Positions 54,427-64,000 of a DNA stretch of 64,000 nt are shown piece by piece. The position numbers and the translations under genes are program-made. The notes beneath the pieces were generated by a model that was given only the letters and a program-made list of their open reading frames with translations, was not told the origin of the DNA and ran no database searches. Numbering within the stretch: the stretch's first letter is position 1; each line of letters starts with the position of its first letter. The stretch is from Blasia pusilla (lineage: Eukaryota), in the NCBI GenBank assembly GCA_050084515.1, contig CM114271.1, forward strand, positions 49,662,001 to 49,726,000, given 5' to 3'.

Positions 54427-57400
54427 AGATCTTATTGTGGCGTATAGTCATTGAAGCAAGTTAGGCAAAGAGCAACATCAAACTACAAGGCGAGGCATGA
54501 TGCGGTAACCATTCTGTAGACAAAGTGGTAGAAGATCTTGTGAGAATCCCCAAACTCCATTGCTAGCATTTGTGTTGGATTACAACTAGAATAAGGAAGC
54601 ACATACAAGTTAAATTATTGGGCAAGGATTGGTGTAGCCTATCAAGGATAGAACAAGTCAGAGCAAAAAGGATAATTGTTAGTACGAGTCTTCACAATTC
54701 AGTAATTGTGTGCAAACATGGCAGGAAGTTAAATGCAAGGAATTAGGATGTTTGGGTAGGAAGAAGGCGCCCGACTTTTTGGCGTAGCAGACACTTATTC
54801 TACTAGTATGCTAAACAGAGAGTATAAGGCACAAAGAAATTTCAATGATCAGTTGGAGTGGTGATTTTCCCTATGCAGCATCTCACCTCAGTTTATTTTA
54901 ATTGAGCAAGGCAATCACATCAACCTTGCGTGCCTAATTGTGGTTGGATTGATTTCCCTAAGTATCCAGGTGGCATAGTTTAGGGATTGAATAATTGTTG
55001 ATTTAAGGATATGGTTCCACGAATCATAGACAAGGAGTCTCCATGAAAGAAAGTAGTCTATCTCATGTACAGTTCAAGAGTTGCAAGACACTCAGTGTGA
55101 AGATTATGCAGCCATAGGTTGATCTCCTGTTTGAATGAGTTGAAAAGATTGTCAATAAACAACAAGCGAATGCAACTCTCCCTTATGTTGTATTTACACT
55201 ACTGATATCGGGTAATAATGTTGTGAATCGACTCAAACTTTTTCAATGATCAGCTTCAAAACACAAACTACAATATAGCAACACCTTAAAGGCTTACTAG
55301 GCTATGATTCTTATTTTTTTACTTCTAAAAATGACTTGAAAGGAGTGGGTGAAATGAAACTTTGTAGAACTACCTAAAATCCTCGGTGTTGTAGATTCAC
55401 AATGATACTTAGTTCATACCGCGGTCACAACCCTAAAGCAAGTCAAATGCAGGGAGAGCATGAAGCTACACAGTGGTCTAATGATGCAAAAGAGAAGCAT
55501 TAGAAAGGTGGGACATCAAGGTATAGGTGGATAATGTAGCCGAATAGTATGGAAGAAAAGGAAGAAGAGATCCAGAGTGTTCCCACGTGAGAGCCTATGC
55601 ATATGAATTAGGGAAAATCAATACTAGCAATGACTTTAAGCTATGTCTACTCTTCTATCGTACGTTGGCAACTTGAAATGCTTGTATTTGAGAACATAAA
55701 CAAATTTATAAACTCCCTAAAAACCAACACTAGTTTGATAGAATGGTGTACTTGGTTGCTCCTCCGAGTGCTAACTCCATTATTTAATGTATGTCCTAAC
55801 CAACCCTTACATTAGTTGATGATTTGATGAATTGACTATGCAAAATGAAAGAATGATAATTTTTTTTCCAGAAAGTGTATTCACGGAATTTTGGCAGCTG
55901 TGAATTGCGTTGTGTGCAAGAATTCTGCAATCACTCTTTGAATGCATTCGGATACGTCACTGCACCAAGTGGGAGTAAGGTAGCTCAAATTCTAAATTGC
56001 TAAAGTAAAAAATGAGACCCTAGCAAATCTAGCAACTAAGGCATTGAGCGATCTTGTAAACAAAGGAACACGAAATTCCCGAGAACTAATGCGTATCGAC
56101 GGCTAGGACTTGTCAATAGAGATAGGAAAGGATCCCATGTGGTTGTCACTTGTCAACCTCCGTTGCACACAATAAAAGCCCATATTCGGATAGTCTTGAT
56201 ATGTGATGGAGAGGGAAAATTAACGCAACAAATCACACTCTAAATGTTGTTGATAGACCCTAAAATTGTGCATCAACAGAGACAAACAGCCTCAACAGTC
56301 AACTTGTAGAGGCAAGTGCAACTAAGATCAAAGTAAGCAAGCATAATCTACACTATAGAACAATCATCAAAATGCACACTAAAGATGACTAAATCCCAAG
56401 AAATTCAACTTAAATGTCGCACAAGTATGCAACTGAATCAGCTATTGTGCATGGTTTAAAATCAATTCATTCATACTAAGAATGGATAGAAGCAAGGTTG
56501 CATTGCACTAATATACAACTGAATATGTGGTGCGAACGCCGCCATAGTCCCTAGTGATAGGTAAAGCACTACTCCTTGTATTCACATTGTGCCGAGTGCA
56601 CATAGAGACCTATGTGCAAATTTGGTGGTATGCTAGTCTTTCTCGAAAGGAGGAAAAAAAAAAACCATGGCACAACAAGTTGTGCTTTGATAACTACATA
56701 GACACACATGCTACTAATAAATTGCCAATGAAAGTGGAAAAAAGCTACACCCATGCATTCTGACCAAGGTTAATCACGGACAAAGTATGTATCCATCCTA
56801 GGGAAGAACATGTCAATGCAGGCCCAGGTACCCGCGACGTGCACCCAATCCCGTCGCGTAGACACAAGCTAGTCAAGCCCACATCCATTTTGTAGCCCGC
56901 GGTAGGCCCGCATGGCAGATTGGCCCCCCATTGGATGGGCTGAGGCCAACGGGAGCCTAGCCAATCTATATTATTAAAAGATGATGGATTTCCATGATCC
57001 TTCTTAACGTTCTTAGTTTTTAAAACTCTTCTCATGTTGACATATATCAATTACTTAATTTTAGTTAGGAATAAATTTTTTGAATTACTTTTAAAAAAAT
57101 ATGTTAACACCCATAATAAATAACACTTGTGTTGTATTGTGAGGGACCCAATTTTAAACATGTCCTTTTCTTTGTTCATCCGAACAAAACTCTAGGACTT
57201 TCGCGCGCACAACGCATTTATGGCTTGCAGACAGTAAATGTCTGCCCTCGTCCATCCACAAGGCTAAGAAGTCTCCATTCTTCAAAGTCGGGGATGGGCA
57301 AGCCTTTTGCGGCCATGATCGTGTAATTCTCCCAGAGTCGCGTGCAAACTTGTATCCGCTGGAGAGTTACTTGTTGGGAGGTTTCTTAGGTTCACTTAGG

Positions 57401-58772
57401 ATCAAATCTGCTTACACACCATAGAGGGTCTCAAGTTTTTCTACACCCATAACTCTTGGGCACAAATTGGTTACGATCAAAAGTAATTGTTAGGGACCCC
57501 TGTGTTTTGTCACATTAGATGACCTATATGCCTGCCAGTGGGATTACACATAAGATTGTCTCCTCTGAATGGTGGTGGTTGACCTACTATTATTAACGTG
57601 CTTTTATGTGTCCCAGTCTGTGGATTAGTGGTTCACTTAAATCTCGAGTCTCAACTGCGTTGAGTAGTGGGATGTTAGGAGTAGTAACTCTTAGTCTATA
57701 TATTGTAAGGAGAGCACAATAAGGTTTATCAAATGTGTGGAAGCACTCACCCGCATAGGAGTGGTTGCCTTAAAATGGCTCGTTTGCAAGAGGTATCTGG
57801 TCATGAGGCATGTGATTCGGTCCAGAATAGCTTGCATAGTTCACATTCGCAGGGTAGTGGTCATTGGCTGCTACTATCTACTAGTCTTGTAAAATGCATG
57901 ATGATAGTAAGATCCCATGCTTAGGCGAGTTTTCGTCAAATAGAGATCCGTTCGTAAGGGATTTCATGGCAAAGAACTGCATTCGAGTGTGTTAATGCTG
58001 GGTTAGTCGGATAAGGATCTGACCAATGTTTTGACACGGATATCTGAATTTAGAGGCTCCCCCTACTACTACCCAATTTGCTGGTCTTAACTGAAAGCTA
58101 TCCCACAAGTAAACAAGTGACAACATACACACACGTCTCATCTGTGATCCCATCCCCCCAACACCCACAAACTAATGAGGCGGGAATTCTTGGGAATCGA
58201 CACAGCCACTGTATCTCTCTCATGTACGACCACCAGAACCACATTTCTCCTTCCCATGCAGACTGAGAACACAAGAGGGAACTTTGGTAACAACAAAACA
58301 AGACCTTACCTTCAAGTGGTGAGAATTTCGTATGTGTACACTGTTGGATTTCTTGTTTGGTACCAGGTCAATAATGAGAAAAATCGTTGTGAGATGGAAC
58401 TTGGCCGTGGGTAGTTAAAACAGCCATGTTTAGATCTTCCTTGTCAAAACAACGGGTAGCTCTTGGGAGTAGCCTTCGGATAGAAAGAACTGAATGGCGG
58501 GTGCCGTGAATGGAGTTGAGGACCAACTGCCAGAGGTGTTTCATGAGACTAGTAACAGTAAACCCAAATCTTGAAGGCTTACTCACAGCTGGTCGTGCCA
58601 ACAGATCTGTACACTCTCAAGCAGGTATTCTAAGAGATGTACCCCTCGATTTATCAGAGGAACCTTGGGATGAGTTGTGGAGCCAACAAGATGGACGTTG
58701 GGTGATGCAGCAGTTTGAGAGTGGATAAACTGAGCACAAATTTTGAGTGTATGCTGTAGAATTCCAGCCTTT

Positions 58773-61700
58773 TCACAATGCATTCAGGGCATCGAGTCGC
58801 CTCTGCAGATCATCCAAGTCCTCATCTGCTTGAACAAAAGATTCCGAGGATATGACCGACTTGTCCAGGACTTCTGAGTCTGGAAGTTCCCGGAACAGGC
58901 CATCTGGTAAGTTCCCTGCAGCAACAAGTCCCCATCAAACATGTCAGCATAGAGATTTGACAGTCAGCTGAAGCTGTGAAGTGATTCAAACCTCCTCTCC
59001 CTTCTTTAACACAGACAGTGAGAGCATACAATCTGGAACATGCATTCAGAGACAAACCTGAACTTGAGGCAGTGTCTGATGACCTTTCAGTGACATCCTT
59101 CAAATCATCGTCATCATCCATCAAACTGCAATATGAGGTAGACCACAGATTACAACATTGCTCACATCATGCCATGACAACAGAGTACTTGTGGCATCAG
59201 AATTCTGATAGCCTCTTTGGACAAATAATGGTCAACCCCGAAAGATGGCGAAAATGAGATTTAATTAGCTGGTGGCAAAACCTGGTAATTCTCTACCATA
59301 AGGTTCCCCCTGTATGTGTTGCGTGCTTGTGATTTTAAGGAAACTAGCCACTTTCTCATCCACAAACACAGTGCAGATGTTACCAGATATTCCATTCGTT
59401 CTCTTCATGAAGTGACACAGTTGATGCCAGTGCTTCCTCTGCTGCAAGCCTTTCAGCCTTGGCCTTAGCTGCTGCATCTCTAGCAGGTTTAGTTGCTTCA
59501 AATTCACGCTGCAAAGTGCCCATGATTATTAAGAATCAGTTGAATGTAAGTGGTAGATTTGTCCAGTATGCCAATCGACATAGCATGTACAGATCAGGCA
59601 CTGCTTAACTCCTAAGGTAATCAAGAACTGAATGCAGACAGTTTCATACATGTGCACTTGTTAGATTCAGCTTCTAAAAAACGTGAAAAACTACCTTTCA
59701 GATAAGTCATTGCATCATTGCATTCTGGGAGATATCTGAACTTTGAATCATCCTCTCTATCTAACCTTCCAAAATCTTCAACCTAAGTTAACCCTTCCAC
59801 CATATTACCTGGCGATGTAAACATGCATTGTTTGTACAATGAGGATTGGGACGCATTTCCATGGTCGGGAAAAAATCTTTCAAGGCACTGTAACCCTAAT
59901 ACACAGCAGCCAATAGCGTATGCAAGAGAAAGGTTAATAAGGTCTTGCTCAATCATCCATCCAAAAGTTGGCATTTCAGTGTGAGTTCTAGGAACACCCA
60001 GCCCATGGCTTTTAGCCCAATCAGCCATGCAAATTAGCCCTTACAATCAAAATACAAAAAGGAGGTCAGCTCACTACCAGATATTTAGACACCATGCCAA
60101 AGCCCAGTAAATACTTGAGAGTATTTTGGACTAAAAGCCCAGCGATTATTCCCTGCAATGCAGTCACCATTCTGTGAATCGTCACAAACCTAGAACATTT
60201 GCCTAATAGAAGCACACAAACATCAATTTGATAGTAAAATCACCAAAATCGCAATCGACCAAACAGGGCAGTAACCCTAGGACATTGGAATGTGTACCAT
60301 GGTAGTAGGCAGTGAGGCAGCGCATACGCCTTCTCGCTTTAAAGTCTTTTCATCAATTCCAGATGCAACTACCTGCATTGGACAGTGAAAGTTGTAGAGC
60401 CTATTACATGGGCGACGGTATACTTCAGGCATACAATGGAGCATACACACCATTATTTGGATGAGAAGTGATGAATCAAGCCAAGATGAAACACCAGAAT
60501 AGAATACCACATGGCAGTGGGCAGTAATGAGTTGATTCCAATGCAAACTAAACACTAGAAATTGATGGTTCCTCATGATTCATGAGTATCAAAGCCCAAT
60601 AAGCTAGAAAGTGAAACCTATGTAATTATTTGTGTTAGGTCATTGTTCATCCCTACAAATTAATCTTGCTTGGCCGAGTAACAAATAAAAATGCCTTAGT
60701 CCTACTTGCGGAGGAATCCTACAGAAATCTCAGCCAAATTTACCGTCAAATTCTAAAGATCCTTACTTTTCAAGTCAGAACGAACTGTAAACAGACCATA
60801 CCAGTGGTGGAGCACAGGCAAAGCATGCTGTTTCTCCAGGAATCAGAAGTTGGATGTGGCCTGATACAGCATCCTCTGACACTCCTGCAAATTGGAGTTG
60901 TCAAAGCATGAGCTTTACAGCATGCAAATAGTGATTAATAGGCTCGAACCCGTATATATTTTTTCCAAGGCAAGAACTACATTGGGTTGATTTTTTGTGC
61001 TTCACAGGAAAAGCGAATTGTACCTGATTCCATCCATGTCTGACCAAGCTCATTACAAGCCTGCAAAGGCCATCCCGACAACCTTGCATGAGAACTCAGC
61101 AGCAATTCGCATGTTTTACTCAACTCCCACAGATGTTTCCATGTCAGCGTTGATGCGTTGATGCTCTAAAGAATACCTCTACATCTTAAACCTTAAACAA
61201 GGACATACCTGATTGACAACCATACGAGCTTCATAATTGTCAACACAGCTGAGAACCAGGTCCACACCACTCTTTCCATTCAGGTTCTCACCCTTCATGT
61301 TGCGTGTCAAACTTCCAAGGAACTTATCGAATCCTTCAACAGTTGTTATGTTCTGAGTGTAGCTCTGCAAAGTTTTTTGTAGCAACCGGGAAGGTCTCTC
61401 ATCAGGAACTCAAACAGGATTTGTAGACTCACCAGAGAAAACTTTGGTCATAACATAGTGATGACTTTCCCTTTAGACAAATGTGCATTTCAACTCGACT
61501 TGAGAGACTTTCATTTCTCAGATGAAGGCATGTTCTATCCAAGGTACTAGAATTGTAACTCCTTTGAAAAAGGGTGAGAAAAGTACTGTAAAGGTGTGCG
61601 TGTGTTGGATAGGAATAGTAAGTGAAAGTTACAAACTGTGGCAAGGGTATTTAAGGTTTTGAAGATATATGACACAAACATATAACAAGACTCAAATATG

Positions 61701-62963
61701 CTTTCCAGGAGAGACCTCGACCTACCTAAAATTCAATTCAGTGATCCAGGATTCACACCTCAAGAACAACATCCGGGTTTATGCCTGTAAGTGTCTGAAC
61801 CGCTGCATCTGTCTTCGTCATACCAGCCTGCATATTTTAACTCCACAATCAGCAGACAAATCCTAGTAGTAAAGATTTATCTCCTCTGTTTTGTAGCAAT
61901 ACTAGATACTTGAGAAGCCCCATCTCCTCAGGTAAGAAAAGAGTTTATCAGTACATTGGTGGGTACATCACCAATTCACTACGGCAGGTTAGACAGGATT
62001 CCCAGAGTACCTGATGTGGTTGAAAAAATAGGCGATTCATGTTGGCGAGCTCCACGGTGTCGTAGTCATATAGAAGCAGGCGACCAATACCACACCTTGT
62101 CAGCATCTCTGCTGCCACACTGCCTACTCCACCAATACCCTGCGATTGATAATAAATTCAGGGCTCAAATTTCCGCTCCAGTAGAAACCAATACTTGACT
62201 TGCGCCTTTCTCAAAAACAAGCGCGGCTTAAATTGGTTCTTTAAAAGCAGTTCGCATATCAATAGGCAAACTCTGGAAGAAAATTTTGAGCTTCAATTAC
62301 CACGATGGCGACAGAGTAGTCACGAATTTTCTCGTAGTTATCCACGATGCCCATTCGCTTCAGAGCCATCAGTCTGCTGTAAGGATTGCTGTCCACCACT
62401 TCTGCACTCATGACCTGTTCCAAGGACCAATCTTCAGAAAACTTCATCGCATCTCCGATCACACTCAAATGCAATCGACGAACGCGCTCTAAAGAACCAC
62501 AGAGGCTCATGCGGCTATAATCACGTTCAAATATTCTTAATGGATGAACAGCCACACTGACCAGCATGCAGGTAAATGCACGATCTCCATTCCCATGGGT
62601 TTTGACAGTCCCGCCTGCTCTCATAAACTAGGCAACAACCTTCCCCAATACTTTTCTACTTGCGGGCGAAGCGTTTCGGAATCAGCTAAGCACGGCATTG
62701 CGATTGGTTTAAACATTCCGAGCTGGAGTCGATCGGGACACTAACCAGAAAAAGGCCCTACGAATTCCATGGAAGACTACCACAATCCGACTGCCGTCAA
62801 ACCATCCCAACTGTCTACCCTGCAAACCGATTGAGTTGACTACACTCAGCAGCACACGCAAGTGAGCACGAAAAGCAAACGATCCAAGCACAAGGGAACC
62901 CACCCTTTTCTCCGCCTTGGCCACAGGCTTTGCATCTTGGTCTGCAGGCTCCGCGCTTGCCAT
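58773..62963 (-). CDS. UBA5: Ubiquitin-like modifier-activating enzyme 5 (UFM1 E1, ThiF family), 13 exons
   Basis: Exons 62963-62904, 62414-62301, 62139-62011, 61827-61759, 61364-61209, 61060-61024, 60884-60802, 60372-60298, 60152-60078, 59895-59809, 59508-59384, 59125-59058, 58915-58773. Motifs [42 protein letters not shown], catalytic [10 protein letters not shown] and C-terminal [11 protein letters not shown]. Exon 1 is less certain. Confidence 0.95.
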
Positions 62964-63600
62964 CGCACTCACTGCTCCCAAATGCCTGTCCTCCAATTCC
63001 GAATCCTACGCAGACGCTCCGTCTGTCCGATCCCTACCAACTTCCCTCCGATGGCAGTGGACAGCTGATCAAAACACAGCAAAAGGACCCTCCTTCGGAT
63101 GGCGTGCACGAGGGCTAACGCTCTACCTCTCCCGATCGACGAGAACGAGAATGAGCACAGACGGAGATGGAGAGGAGGGATCGGAGCGCACGAGAAACAA
63201 TCGAAGGCCGGCTGCACCTGAAGAGGAGATAAACTTACTCACGAGCTGACTTATTTGGGCCCACGGATCTTTGATGATTCTCACGAGTTTATAATTGCAA
63301 TGATCGAGAGATCGGGGTTAGTAGTAATGGTATCCGGTTAAAATCAGAACTTTCCGTTTCATTTAAAAACTCAGAAACCCCCCTAGCTTTCCCGGCTATG
63401 ATATACCGGTAGTGTAGCGGTTTCTGAAAAACCTAGTATGATTTGTGTATGCGCACGACAAGGTTTAATTGGAGAGAGAAGCTCAATGCATCATTGTCTT
63501 CTATCTTCAATTTAAGAATTAGAGTAAGTACAACATATTTTCAATATATCTAATCACTCAAGTAAGCATGTGTATCATAGAATTGTTTGAACGATACCTC

Positions 63601-64000
63601 TCATCCAGATTCACATATATTTGTTCTTCTTATGTCAACTCTAGATTCTTGAAGTAAATGGAGAACTATGATAATCATTTCCTCATCCACAATGATGATA
63701 ACATGCGAAATGGGCTCTCCATGTAGAATTAAAAAAATATGCAAGACTCTGAATGTAAGAGTCACTTTAGATACATTTTCAAGTCGCATTGGACAATCTC
63801 TCATAGTTATCCATCTACCTTTTAAGTGGCCAACAACATTATTTATAGTTACTCTTGCCTTTGAAGTTTGTCGATTAAATATGTTATGCATCAGATCTCT
63901 TTGATGTGACTGTTGATGGAATTCCTTCAATAATCATTGATGGATTGGATTTTTTGTATCCCCAAATACTATAGGGGGTACAACTTGTAATTGACTTTGT
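63601..64000 (-). pseudogene. PIF/Harbinger transposase C-terminal fragment (DDE_Tnp_4-like), runs off the window
   Basis: FNRQTSKARVTINNVVGHLKGRW...LHIF matches the decayed FN...S.AR..IE..FG.LK.RW...LHN pattern. Confidence 0.75.

Noticed and set aside
54430..55650. Possible L1/LINE remnant
   Set aside because: Too decayed; no motif could be read with confidence.
62964..62996. Longer UBA5 N-terminus from the ORF track
   Set aside because: The track start at 62996 is TTG; the first in-frame ATG is at 62963.

Overview
Eukaryotic nuclear DNA from a land plant, probably a non-seed plant (inferred from the CRE-clade LINEs, a Tcn1/Chlamyvir-like Gypsy and ZNF862-type hAT; the species cannot be named). 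Three intact spliced genes were reconstructed by hand: a 14-exon SCPL51-like serine carboxypeptidase (+, 7206-13004), a ~28-exon ABCC1/2-like (MRP) transporter (-, 21874-36380, one GC-AG intron) and a 13-exon UBA5 UFM1-activating E1 (-, 58773-62963). Intergenic DNA is mostly decayed transposons: hAT, CRE-like non-LTR elements, a deleted Gypsy with LTRs, a hAT-MITE family, mini-Helitron-like ends and a Harbinger fragment. The least explained parts are a ~4 kb AT-rich island (43960-48050) with decayed, divergently arranged ORFs and a perfect 18-bp hairpin, and an irregular array of about ten 22-bp palindromes (17967-19061). No new system can be established from sequence alone; these two are the best leads. 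No rRNA, tRNA or true CRISPR was seen. All family assignments are motif recognition by eye, not database searches.
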